A stretch of 64,000 nucleotides of DNA, taken from Phycisphaerae bacterium (GTDB lineage Bacteria; Planctomycetota; Phycisphaerae; UBA1845; Fen-1342). Shown one piece after another: positions 11,266-22,077 of the stretch. Location: NCBI GenBank assembly GCA_963675745.2, contig CAXXWX010000026.1, positions 1-64,000 of the forward strand, written 5' to 3'. Numbering within the stretch: position 1 is the first letter of the stretch; every line of letters starts with the position of its first letter. The notes under the pieces were generated by a model that made no database searches, had not been told where the DNA came from, and was given only the letters and a program-made list of their open reading frames with translations. A program made the position numbers and the translations under genes.

Positions 11266-13132
11266 ATGCAGACCTCCGCCAGAACATGAAGGTTCCGAGC
11301 AATACGCCGACCAGGTCGAGCATGCCCTGGAGGCGTTCTGGCGCGGCGACTCGTCGGAGCTCGAGAATCTGGTGGCTTCGGATGACATGACCGGCCCCGG
11401 CGTCGGTGAGTTGCTGGCTGGCGTCGTCAGCCCCGATACGGCGCCCACTGTCACCATAGCCAGCGAATCCGCCGCTCCGGGATACAAGATCATCCGCGAG
11501 ATCGGCCGCGGCGGGATGGGCGTGGTTTACGAAGCCCAGCAGCAGGACCCGCAGCGGCACGTCGCCCTCAAGCTCCTTGGCCAGAAGGTCTCCGGCGACG
11601 AGTATCGCAGCAAGCTGTTTCGCCGGGAGATTAACACGCTGGCCCGGCTGAATCACCCGGCCATCGCCACGATCTACGAAACCGGCCAAACCGAGGATGG
11701 GCAACCGTTCTTCACCATGGAGCTCGTTGATGGCGTTCCGCTGACGCGATACGTCCGCGAGAACCACGTTCCTATCAAACGCCGGCTCGAGTTGTTCGCG
11801 CGGATCTGTGACGCCGTCCACTATGCTCATGAGCACGAGGTGATCCATCGGGATCTCAAGCCGTCGAACATACTCATCGACGCCGATGGCAATCCGAAGA
11901 TCCTGGACTTCGGTCTGGCGCGCATCACCGATGTGGACCTGACACAGACGACGCTCGACGCCGAGACTGGGCGCATCATGGGCACGCCGACGTACATGAG
12001 CCCCGAGCAAGCCCGCGGCGAGCCGGACCGGATCGACGCCCGCAGCGACGTGTACTCACTAGGCGTGATGCTCTACGAGCTGTTGACTGACAAATTGCCG
12101 TATGTCCTGAGCCGGGCACTTTCGCACGAGGTAGCCCGCGTGATCTGTGAGCAGCCACCGCGAAAGCCAAGCACCATCAGCCGGGTTCTGCGGGGCGACG
12201 CCGAGACGATCGTGCTGACGGCGTTGGCGAAGGAGCCCGCCAGACGTTACCAGAGCGCCGGGGCGCTGGCGGCTGACATCCGACGTTACCTGGATGGCGA
12301 GCCGATCGAAGCGAGGCGTGACAGTTCATGGTACGTGCTGTGCAAGCGTCTGCGCCAGCACCAGCTCGTGGTGTTGGCCGGAACGCTAAGCGTGCTGGTC
12401 CTCGCCACTGCCGCTATCTTCAGCGCTGATGCGTGGCGGTCGTACCGCGACAGCTCAGTGAGCACCGAGCGCGCCTATCGCATCTGGCGCGCTTGGCACG
12501 ACGCGCCCACCATCACATCCTCAGATTTGAAGATCAGTCTATACCGCGAGTATTCCATCGATGACTTTCGTGCCTTGGGTACTATTGGCGAAGACTCAAC
12601 CGATGCGTTGTTCGACGACGATGTACGCATTAACGTCAAGCTGCCGCGGCCAGCGTACTGCTATCTCCTCGCCTTCAATCCCAATGGCGCCCTGCAGCGC
12701 TGCTACCCTGAGGATGAGCGCACACCGCCGGCACTGCTCGATGAGCTCATCTACCCGGCCGGGGAGAGAGACTACTTCGGTCTGAACGACGGTGTCGGCC
12801 TCCAGGCGTTCGTTCTGATCGTGTCGCACAAGCCGCTGCCGCCTTATGACGAGTGGATATTGCGAGTCGGCGCTCTGCCATGGCAGGCCGTGCATGCCAA
12901 GGGCGTCTGGCGTTTCGATGGTAAGCGCTTCAGTATGGCCCCATCCGCTCGGGGCACGATCCGCGAACGGGCCGCGCCGCCAAAGCTGTTTGCGGATGTC
13001 TGCCGACAATTGCAGGCCACCCCCAACGTCGACACGATCCAGGCCATCGCGTTTCCAGTCCTGCCGACGGAGACGACCGGTCCCGGGGCTGAGGGAACAG
13101 GAGACGAGACCGAAGGGCAGCCGACGCCGTAA
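11266..13132 (+). CDS. Membrane Ser/Thr kinase with C-terminal DUF4384-like domain (indel just after the ATG)
   Basis: Full kinase motifs; TM helix; DUF4384-like VRINVKLPRPAYCYLLAFNPNG...CYP...GLQAFVLIVSHKPLP. In-frame sequence upstream of 11372 (PPEHEGSEQYADQVEHALEAFWRG) matches the N-terminus of the 8052 kinase; ATG 11266 lies 2 nt after the previous stop. Confidence 0.85.
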
Positions 13133-13168
13133 GGATCGCCTATGGCAAAGGCGCGCTCCCGTGGCGTG

Positions 13169-13465
13169 CTATCGGCCACGAAACTCCACCGGCGCGGCGC
13201 CCTGGCTGGCATCGGAGTGGTGGTTGGCGCCCTGCTGCTGAGAACGCGGCGGCGAGTCGACGGAGCTGGCGTCGCGCGTGTTTGTCCCCGATTGCTGGTG
13301 GAAAACGGCCAACCGCTCCCGCTGAACCGGACAAGCAACCTGGTCCTTTTCCGAGCCCGAGCCGCTCAAAGGCGGCAACAGGATGCAGAGCTGGACCGCA
13401 ACGGTGACGAGGACGCTCAGCAGTTGAACGAGTGTGTAATCAACATTACGTTCGCAGAATCGCAT
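13169..13465 (-). pseudogene. Degenerate prepilin/DUF1559-type N-terminal fragment
   Basis: YTLVQLLSVLVTVAVQLCILLPPLS...VACPVQRERLA aligns without gaps to [25 protein letters not shown]...[11 protein letters not shown] of the 43325 protein. Confidence 0.5.
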
Positions 13466-13728
13466 GGTCATCTCCCGATGTGCCGCCAGCACTGTGAGCC
13501 GGGCGGCAGTGGCCCTTTATATACGCCAGTCGCAATTCCCACCGCGAGCGCAACACGCAATCCACGGTCAGACTCCGCGCTGCCGGCAGGGCATCCCGAG
13601 TGCATGCATCATGCGGTTCGTCGGCTTCCGGGTCCGGCGATTCTGTCGCCTTGCTACGGAGCTGCCGCGCGGTAGAATCTCACTTGTCACTTCAGATTGG
13701 GCTTGGGGCAAGAAAGGGGGCGCATATC

Positions 13729-16700
13729 ATGTGCCGCACACCACGCCATTGGGCAATTGTCGCTGGAATGCTCGCCGCCGTGCTGTTGACTTTGCCAGCG
13801 CTGGGGGACATGCCGGAGACGCAGCCGGCTGAAGAGCGGTTCATGAGCGACGAGGAGTTCCTGAAGATCGGGGAGGAGTTCGACCTCGACGCGTTCATCG
13901 CCGAGCTGGATCCGCCGACGGTGGAAGAGATCATCGCCAGCCGCGAGCCGATCCCGTCGGTCGAGCAGATCCTCGATGACCTCGAGCACCCGGAACGCCG
14001 ACCGAAGCTGCCAACGCTGCCGGAGGATGTAGCCCAGCAGATTGAGCAACTGAACAGGCGGATTGACGAGTTGATGCGGAAGGGGGTCATGGGCGGCGAT
14101 GCACAGTTGAAGGAGCAGACGCTGGATGAAGCAACCCCGCATGGCCGAGCAGGAGGTCGAGCTGCGCACCCAGGCCGGCCAGGCGCAGGACTGGCATGAA
14201 GTGGTCGATGCCCAGCTGCGCGCGACGTCCCTGAAGTACCTGCGCGAGCTGCCGATGAGCAGCCGCCGTAAGCTGTCCAGCGCTGACGTACGCGCGATTG
14301 ACCTTCACAGGCTCTTCGAGCAAGGGCCAGTACGACGGTGCGCTCGCCATCGGGCGTAGCCAGTTGGCGATCCGTCAGCGGCTCTTCCCCGGTGACCATC
14401 CGGACGTGGCGACGAGTATGAACAATGTAGCGGTCATTCTCAAAACCCGTGGGTCGCTGGACGAGGCCGAGTTGCTGATCCGCGAGGCGCTAGCGATGCG
14501 CCAGCGGCTCTTCCCCGGCGACCATCCGGCCGTGGCGACGAGCCTGGGCAACCTAGCGAGCCCTCTCCAAGCCCGCGGGGCGATGGCCGAGGCCGAGCCG
14601 CTCTGCCGCGACGCGCTGACGATGAACCAGCGGTTGTTTTCCGGCGACGATCCCGACGTGGCGACCAGCCTGAACGACCTCGCACACTGCCTGGGGCACC
14701 GCGGGGCGCTGCCGGAGTCTGAGGCGCTCTTCCGCGACGCGCTGGCCATGAAGCAGCGGCTATTCCCCGGGGACCATCCGGACGTGGCGGCCGGCCTGAG
14801 CAACCTCGCAGCCGTCCTCGAGACCAGTGGGGCACTGGCCGAGGCTGAACCACTCTACCGCGACGCACTGGCGATGTGGCAACGGCTCTTCCCTGGCGAC
14901 CATCCGAACGTGGGGATTGGCATGAACAACTTGGCGGCCATTCTTCGGGCGCGCGGGGCGCTGGCCGAGGCCGAGCCGCTCTGCCGCGACGCGCTAATGA
15001 TGTTGCGGCGGTGTCTCCCCCGCGACCATCCGAACGTGGCAGCAGGCCTGACGCAACCTGGCACGAGTTTTTGAGGCGCGCGGGGCGTTGGCTGAAGCCG
15101 AGGCATCTTACCGCGACGCGCTGGCCATGAAGCAGCGGCTATTCCCCGGGGACCATCCGGGCGTGGCACTGGGCATGAACAACCTCGCGGGTGTCCTCTG
15201 GGCCCGTGGAGCGCCTGCCGAGGCCGAGCTGCTCTTTCGCGATGGCTTGACGATGGTTCAGCGAGTGTTCCCGGGCGACCACGCGTACGTGGCGGTGAGC
15301 CTGAACAACCTGGCGCTAATCCTGAGGGCCCGCGGGGCACTTGCCGAGGCCGAGCCGCTCTGCCGCGACGCGCTAACGATCTTGCGGGCGGTGTTTCCCC
15401 GCCGATGAACCGCGCGTGGCGGCGGGCCTTAACAACTTGGCGCACATTCTCCAGGACCGCGGCGCGCTGGCCGAAGCGGAGCTGTTATTCCGCGACGCGT
15501 TCGACATGAGCGAACGGCTGCGCACGCAGATCATCGGCGGCGAGCAGGAACGAGCCGCCTTCGCGGGCGTGCTCGATCTCAGTGCCCGTGCCCACGCGTA
15601 CACGAACGTACTTGCCCAACTCCATCGTGAGGCCGAGGTGCTGAAGGTCCTGGAGCGTGGGCGGGCGCGGGCGGCCCTGGACCTGCTCGAACGCTCCGGG
15701 CGCGACTTGGTAGCCGAAACTGAGGCACTCGGGGATGCGGAGCGCTCGCGGCGCCTCGCCGAGGCCGAGGCTGCTGAGGAGCAGGCCCGCATCGATCTGA
15801 CCTCGACCGAGGCGCTGCTGGCCAGCCGGCGCAAGGAACGCGACACGCTGGAGCGCCGCGAGAACCTCGACGCTCAAACCAAAGCCCGCCAGCTCGCCGA
15901 GTATGACCAGCAGATCGCTGGGCTGCTCGAAGACGTGAAGCGCAAACGCCAGGAACTTACGCAGGCCGGCATCGCTGTGCTGACCGAACTGCGGGACCTG
16001 TTTCCTGTTGCCCAGGCGTTGACCACAGACGAGATTCTCCGTGGGCTTTCGCCAGACGAGGCCGTCGTCAGCTTCAGTTGGGGCGGCGACAGCATACTAG
16101 TGGCCAGTGCTACGGGGGACACAACCGGTGCGGTGATCGTGGCAAGCGACAAGGACGCGGTCAAACAACTTAGCGAGCTCGCCGGTGAGGTCCGCGAGGC
16201 GATCGCGATTCGATCGAGCGCAGCGAGCGCGCTGGATCCGGCGAAGACGCGCGAGCTGGCCGCGGCGTTGTTCCCGGAGCCGGTGTGCGCGGCAGTCAGC
16301 GGCGTTCGGCGGCTGGTCATTCTGCCAGACGGTCCATTGAACGACATCCCAATCGAGATGCTCACCGAATCCGTGCCGGCGCTGGCGGACAAGACCATCG
16401 TCTACGCGCCTTCGGCGACGGTGTACGTCAACCGAAAGACCACGCGGCCACAAGTTGCCAAGGCAACAGACTCAAGGCCGGCCGATCGCGCTGCTGCTCG
16501 GCGACCCGGTCTTTGAGCGGGGGTATCAGGAGCCGGACTATCCCGAACAAGGCGTGCCTGGTGGTCGCCGCGCCCGAGGGCGGCAACGCTGCCAAGGTCG
16601 GGTTGCGGCGGGGCGACGTGCTGCTGCGCTATGACGATCGGGAGCTGGATGGACAGGCCGCGCTGGTTGAGGCACTCGGCTCCGTCAATGAAGCCATCGC

Positions 16701-17695
16701 GAAGGGCGAGCGTCCGGCGGATGAAGCGGTCAAGATCGCCTACTGGCGCGACGGTCAGGAAGCGGAAGTCGAACTGCCGCCGGGCCGGAATGGGCGTGCA
16801 GATTCAGCCGGGCAACCCCGCCGAGATCCTCCGCTCGATGACCCGGCTCGAGCGTGGCTTCGACGCGATGGCGGCCGAGGCCAACGCGCTCGACCAGGTG
16901 CGCCTCTTCGGCGGCTCGCTGGTGCCTCTGCCGGGTACACGTCGCGAAGCCGAGGCGATCGCGGCGCTGTTCGCGCAGGCAGCCGCGCGGCAGGCGCATG
17001 ATGCCACGTTCACGTCGCCAGCGGCCTGTCTGCTGCTGGATGAGCAGGCCACCATCGCCAACCTGAGCGAACGTGTCGCCGGCGTGCGCTACCTGCACCT
17101 GGCCACGCACGGGCTGATGGGCAGTGCCGAGCGCCCCTACGATGCCAGCCTGGCGCTGACGCAGCCGGAGACGCCGACGGCGGGTGACATTGGCTTCCTG
17201 CGGCTACAGGATCTGATATCCAGGTGGACCGGCCGGCTCGACAACTGTGAGCTGGTGGTGCTGAGCGCCTGCGACACGCAGCGCGGCATCCGCCGGGGCG
17301 ACAGCGTGATGTCGCTGCCGCTGGGGTTTTTCTTCGCCGGAGCGCGGACGGTGGTGGCGAGCCTGTGGAAGGTGGACGACACGGCGACGGCTGTGTTGAT
17401 GACGCGGTTCTACGAGAACCTGCTGGGCGAGTTCGACGAGGCGCGCGACATCGCGGGTCGTACCTACGCTGCCGGTCAACCGATGCCGAAGGCCGCGGCG
17501 CTGCGAGAGGCCAAGCTGTGGCTGCGCTCCTCGACGAACGACGAGATCACCGAGTTGGTGTCCCAGCTACCAGCCAGCGACGACCGCGGCACGGTCCGTG
17601 AGCGCCCGCCCGTGAGCGAATCGGCGGCAGGCGCTCATCCCTACGAGCACCCGTACTATTGGGCGGCGTTCATCCTGATCGGTGACCCGGGTTGA
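13729..17695 (+). CDS. Secreted TPR-(PDZ)-CHAT protease, copy 2 (split into at least 6 ORF pieces by indels)
   Basis: Signal peptide MCRTPRHWAIVAGMLAAVLLTLPALG after AAAGGGGG; about 9 LFPGDHPDVA-type TPRs; LERGRARAALDLL; PDZ-like AAKVGLRRGDVLLRYD; HLATHG, LSACDT, HPYYWAAFILIGDPG. Confidence 0.85.
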
Positions 17696-18051
17696 TGCGG
17701 TCCCGCGCGCTGACGCAGGTCAGAAGACTGTGTCCAGACATCCTGACCAGCGAAGAAGAAACGCTGCTTTTGTAGGTGTTTCTCGGGCCGTTGCAGCCTT
17801 CGGGCACGGTCATAGAACACGACAAATCTGACGGAACGAGATACGTGCCAGCCTGTGTGCGGGGCTGTGATTCGCGGGTGTTTGCTGGGCGCGCTGCTTT
17901 CCGATTCAGCTCCACGATGGTCATAACCGACTACGGGAATGTCAGGATGTCTGGTGTCAGCGAGTAGCGTGGAGTGGCCGCGGACAGTCGCTCCGGCCGT
18001 GACGCCCAATCCGAAGCCACGTGGCCCGACGACCACCCCACGGGGGTCTCC

Positions 18052-18915
18052 TTATGTGATCCGCGGAATCATCGCGTGTCTGTGTACGTCACTCAGTTTC
18101 GAAAGGGTCGTCTGCCGGCGAGGCGTCCAACTCCGTTTCAGCAGCTGCCGTACCACAATCTGGAAATCCCCACTCAAACCGAGGCATTCACAGACGGGTT
18201 GTCCAAGCCCGTCACAGTAGCAGCGCGCCTGGCGAATGATGCCAAAGAAACTGCACCAGATCTCGCAGTGACCCTGGGGGCAGTCAACCTCGCACCAACC
18301 GCGGCTGCGGAAGATACCACCAATCGACAACGTGCCGCTCTGATCATGGGCGGCAAATTCGGCTTCGAACTCGCGCGATCCGTCTTCCGTTGCGACATGG
18401 ATGTAACCACTACTTGTCTCGGGGACCCAGTCGAACAGCAGGTCGCCCTTGATCGTCAGCACGGCCTGACGCTGGCATCCATCGGGCTCCGCCTCAGACT
18501 TGCCACCGAGCGGTATCTGGGAGACCTCCGCTGTCGACAGACCGCGCTGCGTCAGGGCGTCTCCCTTGTGATCCAGGAACCAGAAGCTACCTGCATTAAC
18601 CAAGGAGAGCCCTTCGGTCCCCATCGCGAGCGCGTAGCTCTCGAGTGGCTCACGCCCCTGAGCACCGTCGGACGCTGGTGGGTCGCCGTCGATCCGAACG
18701 AGGATGACGCCGTCATTTAGAACCGTTACTGACCCATAACCCGCGTAAGGAGCGTACACGGGATCGAACGCACGCGTGGCATTCTCAGGAACGGCGACAT
18801 CGAGTGACGCTGCCGGTGTCTTTTGCATCACCCCTTCCTGCTTCTCTGCCTGGACGCTCGCAACAGGAATGAGGGCTGCGAGAAGCATCAGACTGACAAT
18901 CAACGTGCTCTTCAT
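18052..18915 (-). CDS. Secreted hypothetical protein with 8-Cys C-terminal module
   Basis: Signal peptide MKSTLIVSLMLLAALIPVASVQA after GGAGG; CEVDCPQGHCEIWC...RCYC...VCEC. The true end may be 18089 if one indel is corrected. Confidence 0.7.
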   Translation of the reverse strand: MKSTLIVSLMLLAALIPVASVQAEKQEGVMQKTPAASLDVAVPENATRAFDPVYAPYAGYGSVTVLNDGVILVRIDGDPPASDGAQGREPLESYALAMGTEGLSLVNAGSFWFLDHKGDALTQRGLSTAEVSQIPLGGKSEAEPDGCQRQAVLTIKGDLLFDWVPETSSGYIHVATEDGSREFEAEFAAHDQSGTLSIGGIFRSRGWCEVDCPQGHCEIWCSFFGIIRQARCYCDGLGQPVCECLGLSGDFQIVVRQLLKRSWTPRRQTTLSKLSDVHRHAMIPRIT

Positions 18916-19754
18916 TGGAACCTCCAATCTGACCATCGAGTCATCTGGTATTCAGTTTGCATCCAACCACTAAAGTGGCGCCATCATCGCCGGTGAATGG
19001 CCAGGTAACCGTCCAGCAACGCCGTAGTCCTACCCACGTTGGACCGTTCATGGAGTCCTTTGAATCCTCCTTTCTGCGGGTTTTACGGCTCTCTACTCCA
19101 CCGTTCCGGCAAGGCGAACCACTGTGCCACACAGCATGCACCGGCTGGCCCCGGACTTGCCCGGCGGTCAGGGTCCCGCTGTTCCTCCGGCATCAACAGG
19201 CCAGAGGCGCGTCCGGGGTGATTAAACAAGAACCGCACAGTTTTCGATCGACGGACGCTGACCTGTAGCACGTACGTATCTGACACACCGTGCCATTTCA
19301 GCAACAGGGGCCAGCAAGCAGCTGCAATGATGGTCACGTCGCCCAGCCATTGAATGGGTGCGGATCCGACATCACGTTCGCAGGAGCCCATGGTCGCCTC
19401 CCAATCACGCTGCTGGCACCGCTATGGTGCGCGGAAGTCATTCGTCATGTGCACTAGTCGTGGCTTCTACAAGAGCGCAACGCACAATCCGCCGCGATAT
19501 CTTGCGTTGCCACCAGTCATTAGACGTCTGCCGACACGGAGCTGAGCCGTCCGATCGGCCACGCAAGAACCGCTGGTCCATCGCATGGCGGCGTATTCCC
19601 TAACACATCCAGCGGTCGAGTTCGACCGATTTGATTGCTGGTGGCGCGGAGCCCTGATTTCCCTCTTCTCACCGCGGCGGCAGATCTGATAAGCTTGAAA
19701 GCTGGGTCAGTCGTCCGTGGTGACCTTGGGCCCTTGTGGGCCAGGAGGTGCAGC

Positions 19755-20910
19755 ATGGCGACTGAAAAGGTCGGTGTGTATCGCAAGTACCACGGAGCGA
19801 TTCCCATCGACAAGTCTGGCAGGCCGTTGCCCAAGAGTGCATGGCCGCGGGAGCGACCATTCCGGTGGGCAGCGAGGTGGTACGGTTTGGATGGCAAACG
19901 GTTTAGCAAGAGCTTCGAAAACAGAAAGGAGGCAGACCGGTTCGCCGAGAGGAAACAGGTGGAAGTACGAGTGGGAAAGGGCGATCAGCCGCGCGCGACC
20001 ACGCTTGAGGAGTTTTCCAGGATGTATCTCGACCTACGCGGTGATCTCGCTCCGACGACCAGGATCGAGCAGGGACGCACTTTGCGGTTTCTGAGGGAGT
20101 TCTTCGGTCACACGACGATCGTCAGAAAGGTCACATCCCTGGACGCGCGACGCTTCGTGGCGTGGTATCGTGAGCGGACGCATCGCGGTCGAACGCCGGC
20201 GCCCGCGACTGTGAATAAGGCCGTCCGCGAGTGCAAACGGATCTTTCGCGAGGGCCGTCGAGTGCTCACTGATCCGCGAGAATCCGTTCGATGGGATTCG
20301 CCAGGAGAAGGTCGGGCAGCGGGCGTGGCACCACATCAGCCCAGCGGAGTGCCGAGAACTGATCGAGGTATCGCCGTCGCTTCGTTGGCGAGGCATGATC
20401 ATGCTCGGCTACTGTTGCGGGCTGCGACTGGGTGAGGTGATCAACCTGACCTGGTCGGATGTGGACTTCGGGAAGCATCGTTTGCGGGTTGTTCGCAAGA
20501 CTGCGTCGAAGCACCAGGCCGCCTGGACGCCGAAGGACAAGGACATGAGAACTGTTCCGTTGCCTGAAGCGGCGGTCAGTGTCCTGGCAGAACTGCAACT
20601 CTCTGCCTCCGACGGGCATGAGTACGTGTTCGTCATCTCGAGAGGTCCCACGGCAGGTGAGCATCTGAAGCAGTCGAATCTCTGGCGTGACTTCCAGGTA
20701 ATCCGCAAAAAGGCTGGTCTTCCGAAGTGCTCGTTCCACGACCTTCGGAAAAGCTACTGCACGAATCTCGCGGACGCTGTCCCGTTACACGTCGTGCAGG
20801 AGTTGGCTGGGCATGCGGACATCCGCACAACGCGCAAGCACTATTTACAGATTCGCGACGAGCAGATTGATGCCGCCCGTTGCGCACTCGAAGAGGTGAT
20901 GCGATCGTGA
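19755..20910 (+). CDS. Tyrosine recombinase/integrase (frameshift at about 20250)
   Basis: N-terminal arm-binding-like WAARWYGLDGKRFSKSF; SAM-like middle; catalytic GLRLGE, K, FHDLRKS, LAGH, HY; AGGAGG RBS. Confidence 0.9.
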
Positions 20911-20923
20911 GTCTGGCCGGGAG

Positions 20924-20945
20924 TGACCCAGTTCTTGACCCACTC
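20924..20945 (+). promoter_or_regulatory. Putative integrase arm-type sites TGACCCA-N5-TGACCCACTC (left)
   Basis: Directly after the integrase stop; same motif and spacing as 55984-56005. Confidence 0.65.
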
Positions 20946-21066
20946 GTCCGGGAACAACGTTCGTTTACGTGTTCTCGGACCGATAGAAGTACAGGCATGG
21001 GGATGCAATTCCATGCCATGGAGTGACTTGCAATCCCGACTGCGTAATCGGGGCCAACCACACCAC

Positions 21067-21085
21067 TGCCAGCTCACACAGCTGG
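21067..21085 (+). mobile_element. att-like core site TGCCAGCTCACACAGCTGG (copy 1)
   Basis: Exact 19-bp direct repeat of 55843-55861; internal inverted repeat CCAGCT-cacac-AGCTGG; about 160 bp from the integrase stop. Confidence 0.7.
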
Positions 21086-21108
21086 ACGTCATTGGCCGGC
21101 CTGCTTGG

Positions 21109-21402
21109 CTACATTGCTACCCGGCTTCCACACGCCGGGCAGTATCGAGCACCTGGGCGGACGCTCGCCTCACACACCGAGCACACATATCCCCGCGGCA
21201 AGACGCGAACGCGCCATCGAGACGGCAACAGAATGAGTAGCGCCACGATGACGGTGAGCGCCGTACCGGTCAGATACTCGGCGCGAATCGCCTTGGCCAG
21301 TGGAATGACGCCAATGCGGCAAAGGCATTCGGTGATGACCGGCAGGCCGGCCACAAACAGGATGCCGATCACTAGCGCAATGACAATGAGCTTACGAAAC
21401 AT
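21109..21402 (-). CDS. Small membrane protein with C-terminal zinc ribbon
   Basis: Two hydrophobic segments; CSVC...YCPACG. Confidence 0.75.
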   Translation of the reverse strand: MFRKLIVIALVIGILFVAGLPVITECLCRIGVIPLAKAIRAEYLTGTALTVIVALLILLPSRWRVRVLPRGYVCSVCEASVRPGARYCPACGSRVAM

Positions 21403-21528
21403 TGTGCACCTCCGTCCCTGCCATCGTAGCGCGGGTGGGCAAAGCGCGCAAGTGGTTTTGAAGAGAGCTATCGCTAGCTCGGGGTGGGAATCGCGGCCAG
21501 AAGAGCGGCCGCGATAAGAGAGGTGAAA

Positions 21529-21840
21529 TTAGAAGGTGAAGGGCGAACGATCGGAATCATCGCCAAGGAGTTTGGTCAGCTGGCGCCAAAATGGGCCTCC
21601 GGGTTGAAAGTTCTCGTGCTCCCATGCAAGCGCGTGAGCGCGGGAGGGTGATTGATGAACGACTGGGCATCGCTGCCGGCCCGATCGATGCGCCGATCGG
21701 ACGGTCCAGCGCTGCAGCCGGTTGTCGAACTCGACGTGGCTTGCCCGTTCGATCCGGACGACGCCCAGCTCGCCGAGCGGCACACTGTCGTCCCACAGGC
21801 CGCGGATGCGGCCGTCGGGTGTGATGTGTAGCTTGGTCAT
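21529..21840 (-). CDS. Hypothetical protein of the DUF1257/DUF2997 module
   Basis: ITPDGRIRGLW...IERASHVEF...RAHALAWE; overlaps the upstream stop (ATGA coupling). Confidence 0.7.
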   Translation of the reverse strand: MTKLHITPDGRIRGLWDDSVPLGELGVVRIERASHVEFDNRLQRWTVRSAHRSGRQRCPVVHQSPSRAHALAWEHENFQPGGPFWRQLTKLLGDDSDRSPFTF

Positions 21841-22037
21841 CTGGTCTCCCTCCGGCTGTTCGACTGCGGAGGCAGGCGCTGGGCCTCGGGTTTGAGGCGG
21901 TCCTCAGTGACCGGACCGCCGAGGACAGTCAGAATCTGCTGCGTGGCTTGCGTACACGTCGCGTCGGTGAAGTCGATCGCATCGACCGTGCACGACCCGT
22001 CGGGTTTTATGATCATGCGGATGTGTTTGGTGCGCAT
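21837..22037 (-). CDS. DUF2997-like small protein
   Basis: IRMIIKPDGSCTVDAIDFTDATCTQATQQILTVLG...LKPE; GGAG RBS. Confidence 0.7.
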   Translation of the reverse strand: MRTKHIRMIIKPDGSCTVDAIDFTDATCTQATQQILTVLGGPVTEDRLKPEAQRLPPQSNSRRETR

Positions 22038-22077
22038 AGTCAATCTCCATTGATGGACGTTCGGGAAGGCGGCCCGC

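Noticed and set aside
13729..17695. Programmed frameshifting or phase variation in the split genes
   Set aside because: Breaks are numerous, not at long homopolymers or slippery motifs, and resemble read errors.
18940..19750. 800-bp gap upstream of the integrase as a gene or ncRNA
   Set aside because: Only short motif-less ORFs and no recognisable structure by eye.
19755..21085. Integron (intI/attI with cassettes)
   Set aside because: No IntI-specific insertion recognised, no repeated attC sites, and the site has lambda-like arm repeats.
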